DNA from: Tagaea sp.
Lineage (GTDB): Bacteria; Pseudomonadota; Alphaproteobacteria; CACIAM-22H2
DNA: 64,000 nt
Assembly (NCBI GenBank): GCA_965279525.1
Contig: CBDIIB010000004.1
Span: forward strand, 576,001 to 640,000
Reading direction: 5' to 3'
The translations under genes and the position numbers were made by a program. Numbering within the stretch: position 1 is the stretch's first letter; each line of letters opens with the position of its first letter. Below are positions 53,501 to 61,664 of the stretch, piece by piece. The notes below the pieces were generated by a model. It saw only the letters and a list, made by a program, of their open reading frames with translations, was not told where the DNA came from and searched no databases.

Positions 53501-56500
53501 CGGTCGTCGTTCCGCCCTTGCCGTCCGAGACGGTGTAGCTGAACGAGTCCGTACCGTTGAAGTTGGCGTTCGGTGTGTAGGTGTAGGAACCGTCGGGCGC
53601 GATCGAAACCGTGCCGTTCGCAGGGCCGCCGTTGGCCGGGATCGCGTAGCTCAGCGTGTCGCCGTCGACGTCGCTCGCGACGATCTGGCCCGTGACCGTT
53701 CCGTCTTCCGTGCCGGAAGCCGTGCCGCTCGTCGTCGTCGGGCCATCGTTGACCGCGCCGACTGCAACCGAGATCGTGCCGGTCGTCGTTCCGCCCTTGC
53801 CGTCGGAGACGGTGTACGTGAACGAGTCTGTCCCGTTGAAATTCGCATTCGGCGTGTAGGTGTAGCTGCCGTCGGCAGCGATGCTGACCGTGCCGTTCGC
53901 AGGGCCACCATTGGTCGGGACCGAATAGCTCAGCGTGTCGCCGTCGACGTCGCCGGCAACGATCTGACCGGTGACAACGCCATCTTCCGTTCCGCTCGCC
54001 GTACCGTCCGTCGTCGTCGGCCCATCATTCGTGCCGCCAACCGAGACACTGATCGTGCCGGTCGTCGTGCCACCCTTGCCGTCCGAGACGGTGTAGGTGA
54101 ACGAGTCCGTGCCGTTGAAGTTCGCATTCGGCGTGTAGGTGTAGGAACCGTCCGGTGCGATGGACACGGTGCCGTTCGCCGGGCCGCCATTCGAGGGAAC
54201 CGAGTAGCTAAGCGTATCACCGTCGACATCGCTCGCGACGATCTGCCCGGTGACCGTGCCGTCTTCCGTGCCCGAGGCCGTGCCGTTCGTCGTGGTCGGG
54301 CCGTCATTGACCGCACCGACCGCAACGCTGATCGTGCCGGTGGTCGTGCCACCCTTGCCGTCCGAGACGGTGTAGGTGAACGTGTCCGTGCCGTTGAAGT
54401 TGGCATTCGGCGTGTAAGTGTAGCTGCCGTCGGCTGCGATGGAGACCGTGCCGTTCGCAGGACCGCCGTTGGCCGGGATCGCGTAGCTAAGCGTGTCGCC
54501 GTCGACGTCGCTCGCGACGATCTGGCCCGTGACCGTGCCGTCTTCCGTGCCGGCGGCCGTGCCGCTCGTCGTGGTCGGGCCATCGTTGACCGCGCCGACT
54601 GCGACCGAGATCGTGCCAGTCGTCGTCCCGCCCTTGCCGTCGGAGACCGTGTAGGTGAACGAGTCAGTCCCGTTGAAGTTGGCGTTCGGCGTGTAGCTGT
54701 AGGAGCCGTCGGGCGCGATCGAGACCGTGCCGTTCGCGGGGCCACCGTTTGCGGGGATCGCGTAGCTCAGCGTGTCGCCATCGACGTCGCTCGCGACGAT
54801 CTGCCCGGTGACCGTTCCGTCTTCCGTGCCGCTCGCAGTACCACTCGTCGTCGTCGGGCCGTCGTTGACCGCGCCGACTGCAACCGAGATCGTGCCGGTG
54901 GTCGTGCCACCCTTGCCGTCGGAGACGGTGTAGGTGAAAGAGTCCGTGCCGTTGAAGTTGGCGTTCGGCGTGTACGTATAGGAACCATCGGGCGCGATCG
55001 AGACCGTGCCGTTGGCCGGACCGCCATTGGCCGGAACCGAGTAGCTCAGCGTGTCGCCATCGACGTCGCTCGCGACGATCTGGCCCGTGACCGTGCCGTC
55101 TTCCGTACCGCTCGCCGCACCGTTCGTCGTCGTCGGGCCGTCGTTGACCGCGCCGACCGCGACGTCGACCGTCCCGGTCGTCGTGCCGCCCTGCCCGTCG
55201 GAAACCGTATAGGTGAAGCTGTCGGTGCCGTTGAAGTTGGCGTCCGGCACGAAGCTGTAGCTGCCGTCCGGGTTGACCGTGACGGTACCGTTCTGCGGGC
55301 CGGCCGAAAGGGCGAACGTCAACGTATCGCCGTCGACGTCGCTTGCCGCCAGCATGCCGACGACAGGCGCATCTTCCGCACCCGAAGCCTGGCCACCGGC
55401 CGTGATCGGGTTGTCGTTGACCGACGCCACGCCGACGGTCATCTGCCCCGTCGTCGTGCCGCCCTGGCCGTCCGACACGCTGTAGACGAAGCTGTCGGTG
55501 CCGTTGAAATTCGCGGCCGGAACGTAGGTGAAGCTGCCGTCCGGGTTGACGGTGACGGCCCCGTTCTGCGGACCGGACGCAAGGCCGAAGGTCAGCGCAT
55601 CGCCGTCGACATCGCTTGCCGAAAGCTGGCCGGACACGGGCGCGTCTTCGCTGCCTGTAGCCGTGCCAGCGGCCGCGACCGGGCCGTCATTGACCGAAGC
55701 CACGCCGACATTGACCGTACCGGTCGCCGTCCCGCCGTTGCCGTCGGAAACCGTGTAGGTGAACGAGTCCGTGCCGTTGTAGTTCGGGCCGGGAACATAG
55801 ACGAACGTGCCGTCGGAGTTGACCGTCACGCTGCCATGCGCGGGGCCTTCACCGCTCGCGAACAAGAGCGCATCGCCGTCGACATCGCTGGCCGAGAGCG
55901 CGCCGGCGATCGCCGTGTCCTCGTTGCCGGTGACGGCAGCGCCCGACGTGACCGGGCCGTCATTGACCGAACCCACATCGATGCTGATCGTGCCCGTCGC
56001 GGTCCCGCCATTGCCGTCCGAGACGGTGTAGGTGAACGAGTCCGTGCCGTTGAAGTTGGCGTTCGGCGTGTAGGTGTAGCTGCCATCAGCCGCCACCGTG
56101 ACCGAACCGTGCTGCGGCGCACCGGAGACCGGCACCGAGTAGTTCAGCGTGTCGCCATCGACATCCGTCGCCAGGAGCTGGCCGGAAACCGAATTGTCTT
56201 CGCTGCCTGAAGCCGCACCGCCGGCCGTGACCGGCCCGTCGTTGACCGCACCGACCGCGACCGAGATCGTGCCGGTGGTCGTGCCGCCGTTGCCGTCCGA
56301 CACCGCGTAGGTGAAGGAGTCCGTGCCGCTGAAATTCGCGGCCGGGACGTAGCTGTAGCTGCCGTCCGGATTGACCGTCACGGTTCCGTTTGCCGGCGCG
56401 CCATTGGCGGCAAGCGCGAAGCTCAATGCGTCGCCGTCGACGTCGGCGGCCGCGATCTGGCCGGTGACCGTCGTGTCCTCGTTGCCCGAAACGGCACCGC

Positions 56501-59500
56501 CCGACGTCGTCGGCCCGTCATTGACCGACGCGACATCGACATTGATCGTGCCGGTCGTCGTCCCGCCCTTGCCGTCCGAGACGGTGTAGGTGAACGAGTC
56601 CGTGCCGTTGAAGTTGGCGTTCGGCGTGTAGGTGTAGGAACCGTCGGCGGCAACCGACACCGAACCGTTCTGCGGGGCGCCCGAGACGGGAACCGAGAAG
56701 GTCAGGCCATCGCCATCGACATCCGCACCGGCGAGCTGGCCCGTGATCGGCGCGTCTTCATTGCCGGCAGCAGCGCCGCCCGACGTGGTCGGCCCGTCAT
56801 TGACCGACGCGACACCGACATTGATCGTGCCCGTCGTCGTCCCGCCCTTGCCGTCGGAGACGGTGTAGGTGAACGAGTCCGTGCCGTTGAAGTTGGCGTT
56901 CGGCGTGTAGGTATAGGAACCGTCGGCAGCGACGGAAACCGAACCGTGCTGCGGCGCGCCCGAGGCGGGAACCGAGAATGTCAGCGCGTCGCCATCAACG
57001 TCCGAGCCCACGAGCTGGCCGGTGATCGGCGCGTCTTCGTTGCCTGCGGCTGCACCGCCCGACGTCGTCGGGCCGTCATTGACCGATGCGACGTCGATGG
57101 CGATCGTGCCCGTCGTCGTGCCGCCCTTACCGTCCGAGACGGTGTAGGTGAACGAGTCCGTGCCGTTGAAATTGGCGTTCGGCGTGTAAGTGTAGCTGCC
57201 GTCAGCGGCGACCGTCACCGAGCCGTTCTGCGGGGCGCCCGACACGGGCACCGAGAATGTCAGCGCATCGCCGTCGACGTCCGAACCCGCAAGCTGGCCC
57301 GTGATCGGCGCGTCTTCGCTGCCCGCGGCCGCACCGCCCGACGTCGTCGGGCCGTCATTGACCGAAGCAACATCGATCGCGATCGTGCCGGTCGTCGTGC
57401 CGCCCTTGCCGTCCGAGACGGTATAGGTGAACGAATCAGTCCCGTTGAAGTTGGCGTTCGGCGTGTAGGTATAGGAACCATCGGCAGCGACCGTCACCGA
57501 ACCGTTCTGCGGGGCGCCCGTGACAGGCACCGAGAATGTCAGCGCGTCGCCGTCGACATCCGAACCGGCGAGCTGGCCGGTGATCGGCGCGTCTTCGTTG
57601 CCTGCGGCCGCACCGCCCGATGTCGTCGGGCCGTCATTGACCGACGCCACATCGATGGCGATCGTGCCGGTCGTCGTCCCGCCCTTGCCGTCCGAGACGG
57701 TGTAGGTGAACGAGTCCGTGCCGTTGAAATTGGCGCCCGGCGTGTAGGTGTAGCTGCCGTCGGCAGCAACGGCGACCGTGCCGTGCTGCGGCGCGCCGGA
57801 AGCGGGCACCGAGAAAGTCAGCGCGTCGCCATCGACATCTGAACCGGCGAGCTGGCCGGTGATCGTCGTGTCTTCGTTGCCGGAAGCCGTACCGCCCGAT
57901 GTGGTCGGTCCGTCATTGACCGACGCGACCGAGACCTGGACGCTGCCCGTCGTCGTCCCGCCCTTGCCGTCCGAGACGGTGTAGGTGAACGCATCCGTGC
58001 CGTTGAAATTCGCACCCGGCGTATACGTGTACGACCCGTCGGCATTCATCGCGACGGTTCCGTTGGCCGGGCCGCCATTCGCCGGAACGGCGTAGCTCAG
58101 CGTGTCGCCGTCCACGTCGTTCGCGACGACGCGGCCGGAAATGGCGTTGTCTTCGTTGCCCGTGGCGGTCGCGGGCGCCGTCGTCGGCGCGTCGTTGACG
58201 GCGGCGACGTTGACCGAGATCTGCGCGGTCGTCGTGCCGCCCTTGCCGTCCGACACCTGGTACGTGAACGTGTCGGTGCCGTTGAAGTTCGGAGCCGGCG
58301 CGTAGGTGAACGTGCCGTTCGCGTTCATCGTCACGGTGCCGTTCGCCGGGCCGCCATTGGCGGGAACCGAGAAGGTCAGCGCATCGCCGTCGACGTCGCT
58401 TGCCGTGACTGCTCCGGTGACCGAGCCGTCCTCGTTGCCGGCGACGCTCGTCGCCGTGGCGACCGGCCGGTCGTTGACCGGATCGACGGTGATCGTGACC
58501 GTCGCCGTCGAGAAACCGCCGCGACCGTCGGCGACCTTATAGGTGAAGCTGTCGGTCCCGTTGAAATCGGCATTCGGCACGTAGCTGTACGTGCCGTTGG
58601 CGTTCATCGTCACGGCGCCGTGCTGCGGGGCGCCGGAAGCGAGAACCGTGTAGGTCAGCGCGTCGCCGTTGGCGTCAGTCGCGACGGCCGTGCCGGTGAC
58701 GGTGTTGTCTTCAGCGCCCTGCGCCGCGCCGTTCTGCGCGACGGGTGCCGTGTTGACGTTGCCCACGCCGACCGTGACCGTGCCGGTGGTGACACCACCG
58801 CGACCATCGACGATCCGGTACGTGAAGCTGTCGTTGCCGTTGTAGCCGTTCGCCGGAATGTAGTTGTAGCTGCCGTCCGGATTGATCGTCACGCTGCCGT
58901 GCGACGGCGCGCCATTCTGCGCGATGCTGAAGGTGAGCTTGTCGCCGTCGGCGTCCGTGCCCGCGAGCTGGCCCGTGATCGGCGCGTTGACGGCACCGAC
59001 GGCGCTGCCGCCGGGTGCGACGGGCGCGTCGTTCGCGACGTCGACCGAAACATTGCCCGAAGCCGAAGCCGACGCGACCGACGTGCCGTCGGTCGAGACC
59101 GAGACGACGTTCGCGGTGATCGGTCCGCTATAGCCGGCGGGCGTGGTGATCGTCAGGCCGGGAAGCTGTGCGGTCGTGAGCGAATAGACGCCGTTCGAGT
59201 TCGGCGCGAGGGTGGCGCCCGACGCGTCCTTGAGGATTGAACCGGTGGGCAGCCCCGAAACCTGGATCGACAGGCGCTCGGAGCCGTCGGCATCCGGCGT
59301 TGCGGTCGCGATGTTGAGCGGAATCGTGGCGCGGCCGTTGTTGTTCGACGTCCAAGCCGTCGCGACGTTCAGGTCGTTGAAGTCCTTGTCGCCGCCGCCG
59401 GCGAGATCTTCCCAGTTCTGGTCGCCCTGGCCCGTCGCGTTGTCCTGGAGCTGGGCATAGTTGCCGGCGTTGAGCGCCGGCTTGTCGAACAGCACGTTGG

Positions 59501-61265
59501 CGCCGTCGCCCGAAAAGCGGTTGCCCTGGGAGTCGATGACCGTCCACTGGCCTTGCGCGTTCTTCTCGAAACGGACGGATTCGCCGTCGGTGACCTTGTT
59601 GCCGTTATTCGAAGCACCGTCGGGGATCAGGAAGAATCCGACCTTGGTCGGATCGACGCCCGAGACCGTCGCGGTCTGGCCGACATGGTCCTTGACGTTC
59701 GCCCAGACGATCTGGCCGGTCGACGGCAGGCCGTCGGCGCCGATCGTGTAGATGCCGTAGCTGCTGTTGTAGCCAGCCGACCCGCTGTAGTCCGTCATCG
59801 ACACGCTGCTCGTGCCCATGTTCACGACAGGCGTGCCGAGCGAGACCGTCAGCGACGGCTGATCGGCGATGGGTGCCACGTTGACGGTGACCTGGCCGGT
59901 GGCCGTGCCGCCGCGCCCGTCGGAAACCCGGTAGCTGAACGCGTCGGTGCCGCTCCAGTTCGCCGTCGGCGAATAGGCGTACGTGCCGTCGGCGTTGATC
60001 GTCAGCGTGCCGTTCGTCGGACCCGTGACGGGCGCGAAGACAAGCGTGTCGCCGTCGGGATCGACGCCGGCGAGACGGCCGGATAGCGTCCCGTCCTCGG
60101 GGCCGCCGATCGTCGTGTTCGCGGCCGAGGGCGCATCGTTGAGTGCCCAAGCGGTCGAAACGATGGTGCCGTTGAAATCGAGGAACTCGACGTTCTGGAT
60201 GCGGTCGGTGCCGGTGTCGCCGTTCGTCGGATCGATGTCGACGATCTCGAAATTGCTCGGGGTCCCGGTCAGCCGGTAGCCGCCGTAGGAACTGGAGAAG
60301 ACGGCCGTATCGAAACCGGCGCTGCCGTCGATCGTGTCGCTGCCCGCTCCGCCCGCAATCGTGTCGTTGCCAACCCCGGTCCAGATCCTGTCGTTGCCCG
60401 TGCCACCCAGCACGCTGTCATTGCCCGCACTGGTCCACAGGATGTCGTTGCCAGCACCGCCATCGACGGTGATGTCGCCGACAGAGTAGTTGCGGCTCGT
60501 CAGGTCGACGACGTCATTGCCGTCGCCGGCGTCGATGTACTCGACGCCGCGGATACGCCCGCCCGGCGTGGGCTGCGGGCTGTAGCTGTCGTCGAGGAAG
60601 AGCGCGTCGTTGCCGCTGCTGAGCGAGATGCGGTCGATGCCGGCACCGCCCTCGAACACGTCGTAGCTGCGCACCTGTCCCTGGATCGAGACGGTTTCGC
60701 CCGTACCTTCGACGCCCGGCGTGCCGGCATTGAACGCCGACCAGCCGTTCGTGAACGTGTCGTCGGCCGAGGCCGCAAGCGTGTCGTTGCCTTCGCCGCC
60801 ATCGAGCAGGTCGCTGCCCGTGCCGCCGTTGAGCACGTCGTTGCCGGTCTGCCCGAGCAGCGTGTCGTTGCCGCTGCCGCCGGCGATCGTGTCGTTGCCT
60901 GCACCGCCGGAAATGCTGTCGTTGCCGTTGCCGCCGTTGAGCACGTCGTTGCCGCTGCCGCCCGCGAACGTGTCGCTGCCGGAAGTGCCCGTCGCACCAT
61001 TGTCGCTCGAGAACGTGGCCGAGAACTGGAATGCGTTGGCGTAGTTGCCCGAGCCGCCGAGCAGGTCCGGCGCGTCGAAGTTCGTCAGGCGCACGCGCGT
61101 GTTCGAGTTCGCGAAGGTGATCAGCGTGTCGCTGCCGACCTGGGTGACGGAGACGCTGGCCAGAGAAAGGCCGCTGCCTTCGAACCGGAGCAGCGTACTG
61201 CTCTTGAACCCGTCGACGACGAGATCCTGTCCAACCCGGATCGTGAAAGTCTCGCGCTCGGCCAT
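47535..61265 (-). CDS. giant T1SS-secreted repeat protein/adhesin (RTX repeats, ~41 tandem Ig/cadherin-like repeats, C-terminal T1SS target domain)
   Basis: GGxGxDxL nonapeptides; ND.P...ED...D.DGD.L...G.YTYTP..NFNG.DSFTY.VSDG.GG repeats; acidic and Cys-free; start taken at MAERE (ORF open from 61316). Confidence 0.93.
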   Translation of the reverse strand: MAERETFTIRVGQDLVVDGFKSSTLLRFEGSGLSLASVSVTQVGSDTLITFANSNTRVRLTNFDAPDLLGGSGNYANAFQFSATFSSDNGATGTSGSDTFAGGSGNDVLNGGNGNDSISGGAGNDTIAGGSGNDTLLGQTGNDVLNGGTGSDLLDGGEGNDTLAASADDTFTNGWSAFNAGTPGVEGTGETVSIQGQVRSYDVFEGGAGIDRISLSSGNDALFLDDSYSPQPTPGGRIRGVEYIDAGDGNDVVDLTSRNYSVGDITVDGGAGNDILWTSAGNDSVLGGTGNDRIWTGVGNDTIAGGAGSDTIDGSAGFDTAVFSSSYGGYRLTGTPSNFEIVDIDPTNGDTGTDRIQNVEFLDFNGTIVSTAWALNDAPSAANTTIGGPEDGTLSGRLAGVDPDGDTLVFAPVTGPTNGTLTINADGTYAYSPTANWSGTDAFSYRVSDGRGGTATGQVTVNVAPIADQPSLTVSLGTPVVNMGTSSVSMTDYSGSAGYNSSYGIYTIGADGLPSTGQIVWANVKDHVGQTATVSGVDPTKVGFFLIPDGASNNGNKVTDGESVRFEKNAQGQWTVIDSQGNRFSGDGANVLFDKPALNAGNYAQLQDNATGQGDQNWEDLAGGGDKDFNDLNVATAWTSNNNGRATIPLNIATATPDADGSERLSIQVSGLPTGSILKDASGATLAPNSNGVYSLTTAQLPGLTITTPAGYSGPITANVVSVSTDGTSVASASASGNVSVDVANDAPVAPGGSAVGAVNAPITGQLAGTDADGDKLTFSIAQNGAPSHGSVTINPDGSYNYIPANGYNGNDSFTYRIVDGRGGVTTGTVTVGVGNVNTAPVAQNGAAQGAEDNTVTGTAVATDANGDALTYTVLASGAPQHGAVTMNANGTYSYVPNADFNGTDSFTYKVADGRGGFSTATVTITVDPVNDRPVATATSVAGNEDGSVTGAVTASDVDGDALTFSVPANGGPANGTVTMNANGTFTYAPAPNFNGTDTFTYQVSDGKGGTTTAQISVNVAAVNDAPTTAPATATGNEDNAISGRVVANDVDGDTLSYAVPANGGPANGTVAMNADGSYTYTPGANFNGTDAFTYTVSDGKGGTTTGSVQVSVASVNDGPTTSGGTASGNEDTTITGQLAGSDVDGDALTFSVPASGAPQHGTVAVAADGSYTYTPGANFNGTDSFTYTVSDGKGGTTTGTIAIDVASVNDGPTTSGGAAAGNEDAPITGQLAGSDVDGDALTFSVPVTGAPQNGSVTVAADGSYTYTPNANFNGTDSFTYTVSDGKGGTTTGTIAIDVASVNDGPTTSGGAAAGSEDAPITGQLAGSDVDGDALTFSVPVSGAPQNGSVTVAADGSYTYTPNANFNGTDSFTYTVSDGKGGTTTGTIAIDVASVNDGPTTSGGAAAGNEDAPITGQLVGSDVDGDALTFSVPASGAPQHGSVSVAADGSYTYTPNANFNGTDSFTYTVSDGKGGTTTGTINVGVASVNDGPTTSGGAAAGNEDAPITGQLAGADVDGDGLTFSVPVSGAPQNGSVSVAADGSYTYTPNANFNGTDSFTYTVSDGKGGTTTGTINVDVASVNDGPTTSGGAVSGNEDTTVTGQIAAADVDGDALSFALAANGAPANGTVTVNPDGSYSYVPAANFSGTDSFTYAVSDGNGGTTTGTISVAVGAVNDGPVTAGGAASGSEDNSVSGQLLATDVDGDTLNYSVPVSGAPQHGSVTVAADGSYTYTPNANFNGTDSFTYTVSDGNGGTATGTISIDVGSVNDGPVTSGAAVTGNEDTAIAGALSASDVDGDALLFASGEGPAHGSVTVNSDGTFVYVPGPNYNGTDSFTYTVSDGNGGTATGTVNVGVASVNDGPVAAAGTATGSEDAPVSGQLSASDVDGDALTFGLASGPQNGAVTVNPDGSFTYVPAANFNGTDSFVYSVSDGQGGTTTGQMTVGVASVNDNPITAGGQASGAEDAPVVGMLAASDVDGDTLTFALSAGPQNGTVTVNPDGSYSFVPDANFNGTDSFTYTVSDGQGGTTTGTVDVAVGAVNDGPTTTNGAASGTEDGTVTGQIVASDVDGDTLSYSVPANGGPANGTVSIAPDGSYTYTPNANFNGTDSFTYTVSDGKGGTTTGTISVAVGAVNDGPTTTSGTASGTEDGTVTGQIVASDVDGDTLSYAIPANGGPANGTVSIAPDGSYSYTPNANFNGTDSFTYTVSDGKGGTTTGTISVAVGAVNDGPTTTSGTAAGTEDGTVTGQIVASDVDGDTLSYAIPANGGPANGTVSIAADGSYTYTPNANFNGTDTFTYTVSDGKGGTTTGTISVAVGAVNDGPTTTNGTASGTEDGTVTGQIVASDVDGDTLSYSVPSNGGPANGTVSIAPDGSYTYTPNANFNGTDSFTYTVSDGKGGTTTGTISVSVGGTNDGPTTTDGTASGTEDGVVTGQIVAGDVDGDTLSYSVPTNGGPANGTVSIAADGSYTYTPNANFNGTDSFTYTVSDGKGGTTTGTISVAVGAVNDGPTTTSGTASGTEDGTVTGQIVASDVDGDTLSYAIPANGGPANGTVSIAPDGSYTYTPNANFNGTDSFSYTVSDGKGGTTTGTISVAVGATNDGPTTTGGTAAGTEDGIVTGQIVASDIDGDTLSYSVPANGGPANGTVSIAADGSYTYTPNANFNGTDSFTYTVSDGKGGTTTGTISVAVGAVNDGPTTTSGTASSTEDGTVTGQIVASDVDGDTLSYSVPANGGPANGTVSIAADGSYTYTPNANFNGTDSFTYTVSDGKGGTATGTISVAVGAVNDGPTTTSGTASGTEDGVVTGQIVASDVDGDTLSYAIPANGGPANGTVSIASDGSYTYTPNANFNGADSFTYTVSDGKGGTTTGTISVDVASVNDLPQTAGGAAAASEDNAVAGQLAATDADGDALSYSVALDGVPANGTVTLNLDGSYTYTPNANFNGTDSFTYTVSDGKGGFATGTVEVEVGAVNDGPTTAGGAAAGSEDGTIAGQIVASDVDGDALDFGLAANGGPANGTVSIAPDGSYTYTPNANFNGTDSFTYTVSDGQGGTTTGTIALEVASVNDGPTTTNGAASGTEDGTVTGQIVASDVDGDTLSYSVPANGGPANGTVSIAPDGSYTYTPNANFNGTDTFTYTVSDGKGGTATGTISVAVGGTNDGPTTADATATGSEDGTVTGQIVASDIDGDTLSYEIPANGGPANGTVSIAADGSYTYTPNANFNGTDTFTYTVSDGKGGTATGTISVSVGAVNDGPVTTGGTADGTEDGTVTGQLAASDIEGDALTFGLAADGGPANGTVSIAPDGSYTYTPAADFNGTDSFTYTVSDGNGGTTTGTISVSVGAVNDTPVGVDATDAGDEDTAIAGQLAATDADGDALAYSLENGPAHGTVTLNLDGSYTYTPDANYFGADSFTYSVSDGKGGFATGSVDLSVASVNDTPVPAAEAAATVEETAIAGQLSATDADGDSLSYALADNGGPAHGTVTLNLDGSYTYMPTADFNGSDSFTYTVSDGKGGFATGTVALSVASVNDGPVAVAGTASGDEDTAIVGQLVASDADGDTLSFTVAPNGAPAHGSVVIGLDGTYTYTPGANYFGSDTFSYTVSDGSGGTSTATITVGIASVNDAPAGETATIAAGEDNVTTGQLSVTDVDGDTLAYTLVPGQGPAHGTLTLQPDGSFTYTPAANFVGADSFSYTVTDGKSPPVTVVQQIGVTNLNDPPVAAVAAYLSRQDVPLTGQLVASDIDGDTLTFSVANHGGPAHGNLQINPDGTFVYTPSFNYMGPESFTFNVSDGNGGTATATVAILINETNDAPDAQATQFALAEDTVLAGNIQARDVEGDQFTVSLANGQGPQHGVVTVEPDGRFVYTPNANYFGSDSFVVRMVDQYGAVSTQAIALAVTPVHDTPTAANLVVSTLEDTPLNMPWATFNPDGTSLQYRVVSAPALGTFTINGEAGFTYVSGPDINGQDHVVYQVSNDGFQTWTSGTIDIGIAPVNDAPRPLIDTFFTVEDQWVRIVLEASDIEGDAVANYTIVGNPANGTLIDLGSGQYAYVPDPDWYGTDTFRYSITDEHGASAEYTATVGVSPIGNEPVVQSATYTGLQDQYVYGTVPMYDPDTPLWQYYLLDPIVTEGAGGGLFELINTHTGEFVFRPTAHWSGTFQVELRAVDINGNVSEQPAYITFTLEAVNYAPAVVGDYALGTNGYAPMNTPLTGNLAALGSDLETAQADLVWSVAQQAAHGTVTIDANGDYVYTPNHGYTGWDTFQYQVTDANGVVSNAGTAAVHMNLVALPTVWGDQPEFDAVRSGMPISGQISATDENGPLQFYAIGDAVTSGRLTLNVDGTFTYNPPITFSGQDSFMIQTFDPIDGSSSEKIYSFGVAANNGPTALDEHISVEGGSSAAGQLDAFDPDGDALSFGMASGPAHGALQVAEDGSYVYVPANGFSGTDSFSYYVTDALGYSTTAIATIEIAPAPTIHDTSPGQVTVTMGAGVDVVMASAASDTPDVVVGFDHTEDRIDVTALFGDAAPSDWAAHLTLETTAAGTYIGVDNAAPGAPEWSLLLANTTINSLDDLLLTANQNQV
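50400..58800 (-). repeat. tandem ~279-bp (93-aa) coding repeat array
   Basis: Near-identical units recur with 273-279 bp period, e.g. ccgttgaagttggcgttcggcgtgtaggtgta. Confidence 0.92.
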
Positions 61266-61664
61266 TGTCGTCCCGTTCGCTACGCTGTCGATCTGCGGCG
61301 ATGAACCGACGTCCATCGCGTAAGCATCTGTGCCGTTTGTATCCCTGTTGCTTTCGGGTACTCTCTGCCCAGATTCCGACCGGAATAAATTACGGTACCG
61401 GCATCAACACGTCAACATAAGTCTTTCGAATAGATAAAATAACGAGGCTTTCCGTAATAGTCGTTTAAATTCTGAAAGATACCTAGTCGGCCGCATAAAT
61501 TACCCTACTATCGAAGTCTGTTTCTGACATACAGGAAGCACTTCCAAATCCGCCTATAATTTGAGCACATTTAGACGACCGTAGAATTTGTTTGATTTCA
61601 GTGAGTTATTCCCCATTTTTAGCGCGGGTCTACAGGCGCGATCCGGGATACATCGAGACTGAAA

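Noticed and set aside
48429-56210. 2593-aa plus-strand ORF
   Set aside because: Antisense shadow of the repetitive GC-rich adhesin gene; Arg/Val-rich translation with no protein-like features
50400-58800. Regular repeats as a possible CRISPR array or DGR template
   Set aside because: Units are in-frame 279-bp coding repeats without spacers; no cas or reverse transcriptase gene; variation is not adenine-specific
38329-61660. Genomic island integrated at tRNA-Glu
   Set aside because: No integrase and no duplicated tRNA 3' end seen; coding GC and codon style match the flanks
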